Made by a program: the position numbers and the translations under genes. The notes beneath the pieces were generated by a model. It saw only the letters and a list, made by a program, of their open reading frames with translations, had not been told where the DNA came from and did no database searches. A DNA stretch of 63,490 bases, filler included, from Globobulimina sp. (taxonomy: Eukaryota): the NCBI GenBank assembly GCA_003354225.1. It is 45 parts of 45 records of this genome, joined end to end, with 100 filler letters (N's around TTAATTAATTAA, not from the genome) between each part and the next. Parts side by side here need not be neighbours in the genome. Positions count along the whole stretch, not along the records: positions 36,753 to 38,065 come from PIVH01018866.1; positions 38,166 to 39,478 come from PIVH01018867.1; positions 39,579 to 40,891 come from PIVH01018868.1; positions 40,992 to 42,304 come from PIVH01018869.1; positions 42,405 to 43,717 come from PIVH01018870.1; positions 43,818 to 45,130 come from PIVH01018871.1; positions 45,231 to 46,543 come from PIVH01018872.1; positions 46,644 to 47,956 come from PIVH01018873.1; 37 more parts are not named here. One strand, written 5' to 3'. Positions 36,764 through 49,369 of the stretch are shown here, piece after piece. How positions within the stretch are numbered: position 1 is the first letter of the stretch; each line of letters begins with the position of its first letter.

Positions 36764-38065
36764 TCGCCCGAAGTTACCTCACCAGATCACAACGTCACCA
36801 TCAACTTAACGCCGGCCATTGAGACCTATGCTGATGTCACTATTAACTTAGGCGCCGCCGCCAGAGACCAAAGCATTGAGCCATATATGGACGACGACTT
36901 TGACGATTTCGATGCTAAAGATGACCTCACCAAAGACCAACAAAAACAAGGTATAACAAAACAACATTGCCAAATCACAGACAAATACCATGCATACACT
37001 GCACAGACGGCAACGTAAAACTCGCTCGCCACATTGACAAAGAGCTGAACCGCGTGGCCGATGATGTGATGAATGTGGATGAGTTGGAACAGCAATATCG
37101 AATGACCAAAGACCCGGAGAATCCGAACAATATTTTCGTGTTAAAATTCGGTGTAAACGAAGAACAGCATTGGCGGTTACCGTGGAACGGCACTACAAAC
37201 TTATTATGCCATATGGAGCCAAATAAGCTCTTAATCGAACAATCAAAATACAATGCCATGTATATAAAACATAGCGTCACTCCTCACGAATTTAAAGAGT
37301 TGTTGGTTACAAATAAGAAAAAGCAAATATTAAAAGCAAAAGAAAAAAACAAAAAATATAAAATGAATGTTAACAGTGACAAAGTGGACAAAGTTAAAGC
37401 AGCAAAGAAGAAGCCACAAACTGCCAAATTCAGCGACGATTTCACCTCAAACAGCAATCTGAATGTAACAAATTTAGCTGCTCCCACTGCTAACAATGAT
37501 GTTAATGTTCAAAATTTATTAGCTCCCAAAATGGATAATAAGCCGCGTGGCACCTTCTTGGTCAATAATTCTATGTTGGTGCATTCAGCAGAAACCGTTG
37601 CCGCTGCTTCGCCGACGGAACAACAGAAAACGTTGCAAGAAACCAAAGAATTGCTCTTAAATCCCGTGGATTCTGCCATCGCGCTGATCGCGCCAGAATT
37701 GATGCAGGCTGCGGGGACAAAGAAAAACAAATATCAACGGAGAGTTAGTTTGGAATTTGCAGGGGATGAACATGAGTGGAATGACAATGCGGAGCAGGAG
37801 TATTCAGAGAGTGATATTGACAGCGAAGAGGATGTCGGAGATGCGGAGGATCAAAAAAGAGCGAGCAAACTGGACAACATTCAGTTGTCTGTGTCGGTCA
37901 GTCATTCTTCAATGGATCCCGAAGTACAACGGATCGATGAAGCTGAAAATGATTTTGGTCGAGGAGCGTATGAACAAAAGTTAACAGTGGATGAGGCCCA
38001 GCCGTCTCGCGGCAAAATAGGTTTACAAACACATATCGGAAGGGCAGAAACTGCAGATATGAGCA
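36764..38065 (+). CDS. Hypothetical acidic/Lys-rich protein, internal fragment; intron 36951-37006
   Basis: 56-bp GT-AG intron joins ...KDQQKQ to DGNVKLAR in frame. Confidence 0.7.
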
Positions 38066-38444
38066 NNNNNNNNNNNNNNNNNNNNNNNNNNNNNNNNNNN
38101 NNNNNNNNNTTAATTAATTAANNNNNNNNNNNNNNNNNNNNNNNNNNNNNNNNNNNNNNNNNNNNTGTGCTTGATAGTGATGTGTTGCAGTTGTAGTTTG
38201 TGTTTGTGATGATATGATTTCTTGTGTTTTTGTTTGTTTTAGCATTTGAATTGTTTGTTTTTTGTTATTTGGTTATTATTCAATGTGACTAATCATGCAT
38301 TATAATGACCATACCAATTTTTTTAAACAGACCAATTTTTTGTTCGTTGATTTTGTTCTGGTGATGTTTAGATTAATTAATAATAAATAATTTTACAACT
38401 AAAAAGTAGTGAATACTGTAGTAGTCCCTAAATATAACTTAACC

Positions 38445-39478
38445 ATGGAACAGATAATTCGGTTCCGGTTGCTCGCTGATTCATTATTACAAAATGAGTT
38501 TGATTTATTTCTTAAAACCTCACATTTAGACATAAGAAGCCTTGTTTTAAATGGATTATTTCATTCTTTTCATGCACAAATGCAAACCGATACAAATAAT
38601 ACGAAATTAACCGAAACCATAGAAATTATCTCAACAATAATTCGATCAAGAAATGCAAAACAATTAAAAGAAATTGAATCTAAAAAAGAGGCAACCAAAA
38701 TTACCAAATTGTCATTAAATGATTTACCATATGCACTTATTGGTGAATGTGCCTCTTATTTACCATTTATTGAATATAATTCGTTACAAAATGTATCAAG
38801 ACCTGTATTCATTGGATGTAATGATCCAAATACAATCACAGCAATTGATAGAGAAATATTTGAAAGAAACTATGAATCAGAACAACATTTACTATTACAA
38901 AAATATAAAAAAGTAATACATTTTGAAATTGATATGAATTATTTTTCAGAAATGAAATCCATTCATAATTTACCATTATCACAAGATACCAAATCATTAT
39001 CTTTATTTCACTGCGATACATTGAGAATAAAGGATTTTTTGAATACGAAATGTTTCAATTTTGATAAAATTGAAATACTGAAAATAACAGATCATAAAAG
39101 TGATCTTATTGATCCTGATACATTTTGCGATTTATTAAAATGTTTGAAAAATATAAAATTTCTCGACTGTAATTGTTCGGATTCGTTTGATATCCGAGGT
39201 TTTGAATCAATTTTTGAAAATGACCAATTTAGGAATAAAATATTTAATAATTTACAAGGTTTATCGTTATACAGTGGTCGGACCAGTTATTTTTATAACC
39301 AGTTATTGCATTATTTTAGTGATAAATTATTATCATTGCATTTTGCCACCGATATAATCCATCCAAAAAACGGATTTATTAATTTAAAAGAAGTATGTAT
39401 TTACAATGCAAATTATAATAAAATAAGTAATACAATAAAGACTGCAAAAAAATTAGAAAGAATACATTTAGAATTTGA
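38445..39478 (+). CDS. F-box-like / LRR protein, 3'-truncated
   Basis: LNDLPYALIGECASYL...LQNVSR followed by degenerate LRRs. Confidence 0.8.
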
Positions 39479-40991
39479 NNNNNNNNNNNNNNNNNNNNNN
39501 NNNNNNNNNNNNNNNNNNNNNNTTAATTAATTAANNNNNNNNNNNNNNNNNNNNNNNNNNNNNNNNNNNNNNNNNNNNGTATACTGCAACAAAAACACAT
39601 GTCAGTAAGCCAAAAATAGGAAAAGTTGCTCACAAGCAAGTACATATAGAGAAACAAGGAACCACTCATAATAATTCAATAAACTACAGGAATAAATTGG
39701 GCAAAGTTACTCTGATGACTGTGTTGGCAATTTTCGCGCAAATGTTATTAGGTTATGCAGAAACTGTGGAAACAATGAAACCACACAATACAACTGCAAT
39801 GGTGAGTGGTGGTCCAATTTCTGTAAAATTGTTTTCTCATTTACCTCAAAAATTTAGTTTTGCGTACACAGACAAGTCTGATTCATGCCATGATATGTCA
39901 GAGCATATTCAGAAACTAAATGTCACTGCACAGAAACACCATGTTAGGAAATATAGGGTATTAACTTTGCCACATATGGTTGAAGTCATCAGTCGATGGA
40001 AACATAGGGCAAAATTATGGGGTGAGGTGGAACAACAAGTATAATTTATCCAATGTAATATTCCAATATTCAGCACGCATTCGAACAACAACACTCATTG
40101 ATATACTTTTCACCATTTTTTTGACCAGAGTTACAGGATATCCAAATGCAATTGTGTATGGGCACAATTAAAGACTAGGAAATAAAATCATTATTGTAAA
40201 ATATTTGATAGTTTTCCATGGCTTTTCGCTAGGATTTCGCACTATGAAAAAGTTTTGGCCAAACTTTGTTGAGCTCATGTTGTAAAATGGTCTGGGTTTT
40301 TGTGTGAAATTTATCATGAGTCATGATTGTTCGAAGTTTGTTCGAAGTTTATGTCACTTTATAATATGGGAACGGACGGGTCCAATCTGTTGCATAACCT
40401 ATTTAATTTGTTTTGCTTTGTTTTGAATCTTCTGTTGTTTATATGTTCAACATGTCATTACTTGTTTTGTACAGTTCGTATGTATAATAATCAGTCATTA
40501 ACTATTTTACACTTCAAAATTTCAGCAAAACTATATGAAATTATTATTAAAAAAATCGAAAAATTAAAAAAAATACTATCTTATTTATGCTGTTTTGGTA
40601 CTTTCTGATGTTTTGGTAATATTATTTCAGACAATTCATAATGCTAGTACTACTATCGTTGGTTATAACCGTACTTCTTGAAAAAAACTATTTATTCATA
40701 TCTACAATCGAGCGACAGCTGTACTTCTTGCTCGAAATATTACTTATAAAATCATGTTGGTTTAAAACTGTACTTCTTGGAAAAAATTTATTTAATAGAA
40801 ATGGGAACAAAATCATAAATTCTTTACATTGGATTCATTTTTGTATCCCATGCTGCGGCCAGCATCCTGATTTAGTGGGGGCGTGTGATGTNNNNNNNNN
40901 NNNNNNNNNNNNNNNNNNNNNNNNNNNNNNNNNNNTTAATTAATTAANNNNNNNNNNNNNNNNNNNNNNNNNNNNNNNNNNNNNNNNNNNN

Positions 40992-42215
40992 CAATACCTT
41001 ATCAGGATAAACGATTATCTCACCGATCCTGGGGACTGTACTGCTCTCAGTTGTGGCAGCCCCCACCATCTTTGATTGGATGAGAGACCTTTTCTGGTGA
41101 CTTGAGTTGACAGACTGACTGCTGAATCCTTTCATCACACTGGAGTTTATTTTACATCCATCAGGGATGCGTGCACGCTTGCCTCCCTCTGTCACTCGAT
41201 ACTGATCATTTCCATTCACAGTTGAGCTTGATACATTTCCGGCCGGACTGTTAGCTCCTTCTTTCACTGAAAGTACCTGCGAATTATCAGCATGAGAAAA
41301 TACATAGTCACCTAAACCTGTAGCTTTTGAATGCCCATTTGAAGCCAAGCTACCAAACTTCGTCACAAAAGAGTTCTGTCCAAGTTCACCACCCGAACTG
41401 GACTTGGCAGGATACACGACCATTGCATCCGCTTGATAAACACCATCTACCTTGTAGCCACTCAAAATAACTTGACCACAGTCGGACAGAATGTTAGCAC
41501 AACTTCCAGAAAACTGGGCTTGAAAACCATTATTTGCCAACAAAGTACCAATTGAAATGACATTGCATGGTAACTGGGAAACATGTAGACAGTTCCACAA
41601 ATAAACATAAGAAACAGAGCCATTTTGTGTCACTGATAGAATCATTGTACCGGTTCCAATAGCTCGAGCATAGGTACTATTATAAAAAGACACCAAACAT
41701 GGGACACTGAATTTCTTATAGTCAAACAATGAGTTACCATCGAAAGTCATATGTCCATTAACTCCTGAATCCATTACCAGAGGTCGCGAGCCACTGGAAA
41801 CGCTTGAAGTATTGATGGGGGTAACGACGGGGGTACTGTAGCAGTGACTGTTTTCAACAAAAAATGAATATTGGTGTTTTCTATAAGGTATTCGACGAAC
41901 GGCGGTGCACTCACTGCGAAAATGTCCTTCCTCACCGCATCTCCAACAAATAACATGAGATGGTGAAACAGAGTACCTTTTAGCAAAAGAAAAATGTCGA
42001 TTTTCAAAACTTTTTGTCGTTTTCTGACGATTTCCAGCGAAATTTCGACGATTTTTGACAAAATTCGGCTTTTCACGAATAACTGGCCGAAATGGATGGC
42101 TAGACTGAGGTACTGCACATGGAGGACACTCCTGAGGCACTGTACTTGATGTGAACACCAAAGTTTTCTGACACTTGTCCGCACAAAATGGGTTTTTAAC
42201 TCTTTTGGCTGCCAT
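40992..42215 (-). mobile_element. Ty1/Copia LTR retrotransposon derivative: zinc knuckle + aspartic protease
   Basis: CWRCGEEGHFRSEC; VMDSGVNGHMT; AIGTGT...NCLHVSQLPCNVISIG. Confidence 0.88.
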
Positions 42216-43398
42216 TTTTCCTTGGTTATAAATTGTTCAACAAACAGATTTTTCACATAAAAATAATGTCAAATTCTTACTAGGAACGTGGATAACATGA
42301 TGTGNNNNNNNNNNNNNNNNNNNNNNNNNNNNNNNNNNNNNNNNNNNNTTAATTAATTAANNNNNNNNNNNNNNNNNNNNNNNNNNNNNNNNNNNNNNNN
42401 NNNNAACTGCATCCAATTACATTTAATTGTGATGGATGATGGATGGAATGTGCCTCTACAATGAAAACACAATCGATTCGACCATCTGGGGGATTTTGCC
42501 AAAAGAGTTATAGCCCATGGTCAGCATACTTAGTTACAAAGTGAAGCACTCAAATGTTAGTAAAAATAGAAAATTTAAATGTTGATTGAAGAAATGAACT
42601 AAAAGCAAAAACCCTATTGAACCACAGGAAAATCACATTTAGCCAAGATCTCTCTTTTAGTATTCAACAAAATCGCATCTCTCTTATCAACTATACCACT
42701 GTGAATCGAATTTCTTGATTTGGAAATAGGACTGAAGCATGTTTTTTTTACCAGTCAATATTAAACCGCCATCAGCGACCATCTACTCATAATAACGGGC
42801 GTCGCGCTCAAATCTGATTTTTGTATTCAATCGGGCTCAAACCACCTTAGGATAAGCCGGGCATAATTTTGAGTGTAAAAAGGTACACCTTCCCCTTAGG
42901 ATAACTTGGACACTTTCTTAATATCACCTGCGTGCTCTCTCGTTCTTGTCTTAAATTGCCGTTTTCCCGTTTTTCCTCTTACACATTTACCAAAATATGA
43001 TTTATCACAATTCTTATAATATTTTGTCATTTACCAAAATATGATTTATAAATGTATTTTGTTATTATCCATCATGATAAATTTGCCGACGTTGCAAACA
43101 TTTATCAAATTCTCGTCCAATAAATCCGATGCTTTTTCTTCTAAATCTAATCTGAATGTATTCGGCGATACGATTTGATCCAATTTATTATAGCATTTAT
43201 AGCTAATTTTGAATTTTTCAAATGGGAAAATTGCCGCTAACTTTTGATCGTCGGCTACAGTGATGTATCGGATAAGATGAAGACGAAATGATCAAAATAT
43301 TGATATGATCAAATATTACTGGACGAACTTTTCCATACATTTTTTTTTTTTTTTTGCGTGTAAATCGGACATATTTTTGTTCATATCATAGTCTAACT

Positions 43399-43715
43399 CA
43401 CTTTCTTGCAAGACTCACTCGACAAAACCACATTACGCTAACTCGGACATAACTCGGGCGAGTCGCTCGCATATGCTGTATGCTTTTTTTGTTGTGATTA
43501 TAGTAGTACGATGTATAGTCATATATATATATATATGATCAAAATTTCTATGTACAGATATATGTAGTCATGTGATCATATATATATACATATGACCATA
43601 CATCGGACAACTATAATCACAACAAAAAAAGCATACAGCATATGCGAGCGACTCGCCTGAGTTATGTCCGAGTTAGCTTAATGTGGTTTTGTCGAGTGAG
43701 TCTTGCAAGAAAGTG
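43399..43715. mobile_element. MITE-like near-palindrome with 106-bp arms
   Basis: 43399-43504 versus 43610-43715 differ at 2 positions; the (AT)n-containing core is also imperfectly self-complementary. Confidence 0.85.
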
Positions 43716-45230
43716 TGNNNNNNNNNNNNNNNNNNNNNNNNNNNNNNNNNNNNNNNNNNNNTTAATTAATTAANNNNNNNNNNNNNNNNNNNNNNNNNNN
43801 NNNNNNNNNNNNNNNNNTGCCTGATTTGGTGCCACCGATTGCTTTACAAATCATAAAAATAAATTTTGGGGATGACATAATTAATTAATTAATTCGAAAA
43901 ATGAGATTGAGATTGAGATTGATTTATTGTTAATTGATTGTTGATTGGTTTTATTGTTTTTTGTGTTGTGATGAAAGCTTGAATATGAATATGATGCTAA
44001 TAATTTTTTTTATTTTTTATAATTTCGGACTTTTTAACACAAATCTATTGGCAGCACCAGGTTTTATTACAAAAAATGTCATTCTCTCTGTTCCTCATTG
44101 CAAACAATAAAAAATAGTGCTTCAATATGAAAAATCAAAAAATTCGCTTGCCAGAAGCATATATATCAATTTCAAATTGCACACATAAATCATCATAAAA
44201 TCATCATTTTCATGCAATATTATCCTTTATCTCATCTATAATCCTTTATAACTGCTCCTTTATATCTAAGGATATCGATTTATCATTCATTGACTGAATA
44301 AGTCACAGCTTTTGCTTAATTGCTTTGGAAATGGTCTCTGTGGCAGATGTGCATAGTTGGATATTATAAATTCGACAGTATGTTGTTGCAGTTTTTCTTC
44401 TGGTTTTGATGCTAAATACGATGCGTTTGCCTGTGTCCTGTCCGGGCCATTGACACAACAATCTCTGATGAATATGTCTCTTTTTCTTTGCAAATGAATA
44501 TAAATATTTTAATTATAATTTCCATCGTTAATGATGACAGTATACGATTTAATTTCCAATCTTCTCAAACATTTGACACCAATTAAAAAACGACAGTTAA
44601 GATGCTTAATTCTAGCTAGCTAGCTCTGCTCTGAAAACATTCATAGGATAGGATAGTATTAGTATTAGTATAGGATAGTATTAGTATAGGATAGTATAGT
44701 ATTAGTATAGATGTTTGACTCAAATGATGTTTATCTATCAGATTGCAAAGGAAAAGAACACATTAAAATGTTAATGTCCAATTGTATCTGACATAACATC
44801 TGAGGATGATCTATAGCTAAATAAAGATACAAAATATGTGACAATGATGATATGAATATGTATGATATTATATTACTACCAAAGACAGAACATGGCCATC
44901 AAAGAGAGAATTGTTTTTGTTATACAATGTCTATTCCATTTTTATATATTTTAAAATTATACATAATATTCTACAAATGATAAATGATAATGATAACAAT
45001 CCGAATTATTAAAATGGTGATATATTCCGGTCGTTTTGCTACATTGGAGTTTGTGTTGGAATCAAATCACTGGAAATGTATGATTTTGAATTTAAGCTTT
45101 TGCAAATGCGGAAATGGTAATGGTTACATTNNNNNNNNNNNNNNNNNNNNNNNNNNNNNNNNNNNNNNNNNNNNTTAATTAATTAANNNNNNNNNNNNNN
45201 NNNNNNNNNNNNNNNNNNNNNNNNNNNNNN

Positions 45231-45344
45231 GGTGGAGCTGTCAAGGGCTAATATATATATTAGTACTAATATATACTAATATTATATATTATATATTAGT
45301 ATATATTAGTACTAATATATATATTAGCCTTTGACAGCTCCACC
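45231..45344. repeat. 114-bp near-perfect hairpin at contig start
   Basis: GGTGGAGCTGTCAAGGGCTAATAT... / ...ATATTAGCCTTTGACAGCTCCACC, one mismatch in ~52-bp arms. Confidence 0.9.
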
Positions 45345-45389
45345 ATTTACAAAATATATGATTAGATAAAATATATATTTTAGTACTAA

Positions 45390-46543
45390 TATGCGTACAT
45401 CTTATCCGGAACACTACTGTATTCGCACCATATTTCCTGACCTGCTTATCCAAGGACGTTGAGCACAAAGGTGGGTCGATCATTGATTATGTCATGACCG
45501 ACCAGTTAGCTGCCATTGATTCACTTAAAGTGGACACTCACCCAATTTTCACTGATCACAGACCAGTCATATTCGCACTCAAAAACACAAAATGCACTGT
45601 ATCCTACGCCGATCAACATTTTGTTTTACGCTCCTATGATCCAAATGCGAAATTAAAAGAGGTGCATCGCAAGATAATCATGGACAAACTAAGATTTATT
45701 ACACGCTTTGCAGAGGGTGCGCAGTACTACACCAGTCCCAATGATCGCAATTTCATCTCTCACATCACATCCCTGTGCTCAATGTACACACTACATCTTG
45801 CCACAATTAAAGCGTTCGGAGTTTCTGATTTTGAATCTATAAGCAAATGGTCAGACTCCTCCATGAAACGCCTCAATCTGAACATAAAACAAACCATCCT
45901 AAATAACACTGATCCGGATTTTGTGAAAGGAAACGAAATATTGAGTGCTGCCAAGACACAAAATCCTCCAAACCCATCTCAATAACGACCAATTTCCAGT
46001 AAATGACCTTCCCAGCATCATACAGAAATTCCCGTTTCTGCAGATGTATGCGCCCCACATTGAACCCATTACTGCAACAAAAATATCCCTGAAACAGCTG
46101 ACCATTGGCTTCCTTAATATAAATGGCTCGACGAAATACAAAACACAGCACAAACATCCATACATGCAACAGTTAATAGTGCAGCACAAATTAGATATAA
46201 TTTGCCTGATTGACACCCGCTGTACAACCAGACACAAATGGCCCATCCCTGGCTACAGCCTAATTGCCCACAAATCACCGATGAAAGCCAAAAATAATAG
46301 TAGGATCGGAGGAATATTAATCTATAAAAAGAGACACCTAAAAAATACCATCCGTTATATACACAAACCGCGTGGCCTTAACACTGTTTGGCTCTCAATA
46401 GATTTTGAGGACCAGCAAAAGCCCACATATCTCTCAATAAACTATGTCCGACCCTATAATGCCAATGACAGCCCACGAAGCGCCAAATTCTATGATACGC
46501 TGAGAACCGACATACAACGCGTCAAAAACAAATGTGAGAATAT
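45390..46543 (+). mobile_element. Non-LTR retrotransposon fragment with two APE/EEP endonuclease segments
   Basis: C-terminal motifs GSIIDYV...TDHRPV, then after a frame change N-terminal motifs FLNING...LDIICLIDT...PGY...GGILIY. Confidence 0.8.
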
Positions 46544-46643
46544 NNNNNNNNNNNNNNNNNNNNNNNNNNNNNNNNNNNNNNNNNNNNTTAATTAATTAAN
46601 NNNNNNNNNNNNNNNNNNNNNNNNNNNNNNNNNNNNNNNNNNN

Positions 46644-47738
46644 TATGTGCAGGACATAAGCGACAGGATCCGGCACGAAAATGAACAGAAACAACTGCAG
46701 GACAAATTGCAACAAGCACAAAAGATGGAAGCAATTGGCACACTGGCCGGTGGAATCACCCATGACTTCAATAATATTCTTAACGCTATTTTTGGCTACA
46801 CCGAGTTAGCCCAAATTGATGTGGATGACCCTGACGGCGGTATTGTTATTGACAGCAACATCCAAAAAATAAATCTGGTCACCACAACCAATGAAACCCA
46901 TTCACTTGATTTGAATGAATCATCTTCCCTCGCGGAAATCGTTATTTCCGGCGGAGGAACACTTGATTTAAGAGGTAGGGATGATACTGCCACCCTGAAT
47001 GATACAACAACCAATGTAAACGGTGCTTCAGCAACTGGTGCCCTGTCAGCACTTTCTGGCGCCGGGAATACCAGTCTGACCGGTGGTAGTTCAGCCGACA
47101 ATCTGACAGGGGGTGCTGGAAATGATACAATAACCGGGAATACCGGGAATGATATACTTGATGGGGGTGCCGGAACAAATGTTATCACTGGCAATGGTGG
47201 AGTGGATGTCATTACCAGTACCGGAACGGATACCATAGTTTACGAAGAAATTACAGACGGTGCTGCAGTAAAAACGATTACCAGCCTGATTACAAGTGTG
47301 GATGACCTGGTGGAATCAAAAGCAGACGATGTTAATTCTTTTACTTCCGGCACGGATCAAATCAAAGTTTCAGGAAATCTGCAGGCTGCGTTGAACAGCA
47401 TCGGCACCAACGATAATATTGACCTTGCATTGACCGCCACAGGAGATACATTTAATTATGACGCCGCCACAGTCTTCATCATTCAAGCTGCTGTCGGTAC
47501 CGCCAATATCGGGGATATTTCTTCATTGGCCACACTTTTTAATGATACCTTAACCGCTGCCAAACAAAATGCGGCCATAGGACAGGAAATAATTTTTACG
47601 GCTGAGGATGCCGGCAATGAGACAGGGATCTATTATTTTAAAGATGTGGATGCCAGTGGCGAGATCAGTGTGGGAGATCAGATTGCCCTCCTGGCTGTAA
47701 CAGATACATCCCTTTCAGACGGTGATTTTACTTTTTGA
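46644..47738 (+). CDS. Bacterial in-frame chimera: sensor kinase H-box joined to RTX/S-layer-like Ca-binding repeats
   Basis: [21 protein letters not shown] then, from ~46833, GGSSAD/GGAGND/GNTGND/GGAGTN nonapeptides and C-terminal DFTF. Confidence 0.8.
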   Translation, partial: YVQDISDRIRHENEQKQLQDKLQQAQKMEAIGTLAGGITHDFNNILNAIFGYTELAQIDVDDPDGGIVIDSNIQKINLVTTTNETHSLDLNESSSLAEIVISGGGTLDLRGRDDTATLNDTTTNVNGASATGALSALSGAGNTSLTGGSSADNLTGGAGNDTITGNTGNDILDGGAGTNVITGNGGVDVITSTGTDTIVYEEITDGAAVKTITSLITSVDDLVESKADDVNSFTSGTDQIKVSGNLQAALNSIGTNDNIDLALTATGDTFNYDAATVFIIQAAVGTANIGDISSLATLFNDTLTAAKQNAAIGQEIIFTAEDAGNETGIYYFKDVDASGEISVGDQIALLAVTDTSLSDGDFTF

Positions 47739-48056
47739 TTGCGCATTGACTTTTTCCTAACTTTTTAATAAATACTGCTCAAATAAAACATAAACTTATT
47801 GAATATATAAAATATTAAAACAATGATTTAGCCAGTGGTTAAAAAATATTCTGGAAAACGGTTAAAGGAAACCATGCATAAAACTTCATATGATAAAATG
47901 ACGATTTTTGTTCAGCAATATTTGAATAAAAAAAATACGCTTAACATATTGGACCTNNNNNNNNNNNNNNNNNNNNNNNNNNNNNNNNNNNNNNNNNNNN
48001 TTAATTAATTAANNNNNNNNNNNNNNNNNNNNNNNNNNNNNNNNNNNNNNNNNNNN

Positions 48057-49369
48057 GTGTATTTTTATATTTTTTACCATTTCGATCTTCGAATGTAATC
48101 TCCAGTGAAACATTCATAGCATTATTTTCCTTGTTGTCATTCTCAATATTTGTTTTTTTTAATTTAATTAATTGCATTCCCCCTTTTGTGGCTCCACTGT
48201 TTTCTTCAGACCTTTTGCTTGGGAATAAAGTGTGTATTTTCATTAACTGTATTCCACCATTTTGTTGATCGTATGACTCATTGTTTGATCCAAACACTTT
48301 TTCAATTTGACATATATTTCCTTCACAAATGAGTCTCAAACAAACATTGAATACCAACGGCGTTACCATGTATTGAAATTCTTGAGCATCCATTTTGTGA
48401 TTAAAATCGTTTGTTGATTTTACTGAGTAATAATTACAACCTCTGATTTGTGAGATTCTTTCAACTAAACACGCGTCAAAATCCAAACCAATTCCAATAA
48501 ACTATGTAATTAATACAAACAACAAAAAAACGACAATTTGAAGCTATGTAAATGCACTATGTTGTACATATTGATATAACTGTGGTATAAATGCGAGTTT
48601 CCACATTGTCCGCATATTTTTCAATCAATGATAACAATGAATTCGAGTCAGTTTTCCCTTCATTTAGCTGTGCATCTGAATGTTTTGTCGATGAATTACA
48701 TCAAACATTGCATAAATGTAAATATGCAGACCTGTTAAAACTAACATCCTGTGACTATACTCTCCATCGTTTGCATTGTTGTTAAATAGTTGTTTATATA
48801 AATTTATTGCTGCGCTAAATCCATTTTCAAAATTGGTGCCTCCTTTGGCATAAATGTTTGATAAATTATGTTTAAATTGTTGCATATTTATATCATTTAT
48901 AAACTGCAACTTTTGTTCAACTTTTGATTCAGTCTCAAATGTAACCAAAGCCAATCTATCGTTTGGTGTCAAATGATTTAACAATGTTTTAATTGCTTTT
49001 TTTGCAGCTCTTAGTTTTGTATGCTGCGAATGCAAAGGCTGTATTACCTCACTATTCTTACATATAAATCCATCATAACCACTATCAAAATTAACGTAAT
49101 GTATCAAAAATTTATCTTCATTTATTTCAACAATTTCTCCAATAACACAACAATGACCGCCTCTATTATTCATTTTTACATCCACTTTATCACCAACTTC
49201 TAAATTATCTTTCCAATTTTCATCAAAATCATTGCTGGTCTTTCCGTCAACCATTTGGTTTTCGAATGAAGCTGCCATTGAACCAGAAATATCCAAAACA
49301 ATGGTTAAATTTAAATGTTTTCTTTTAAATTCATCCGATTTTATGTTGGAGTTAAAACCGGCGGACATG
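48057..49369 (-). CDS. von Willebrand A domain protein with inserted Tudor/Agenet-like domain; 3 exons, truncated
   Basis: VLDISGSM, GGTNF, LTD. Introns 48676-48731 and 48502-48580 give VLTDAQLN and RIYTTFIGIGLDF. Confidence 0.9.
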
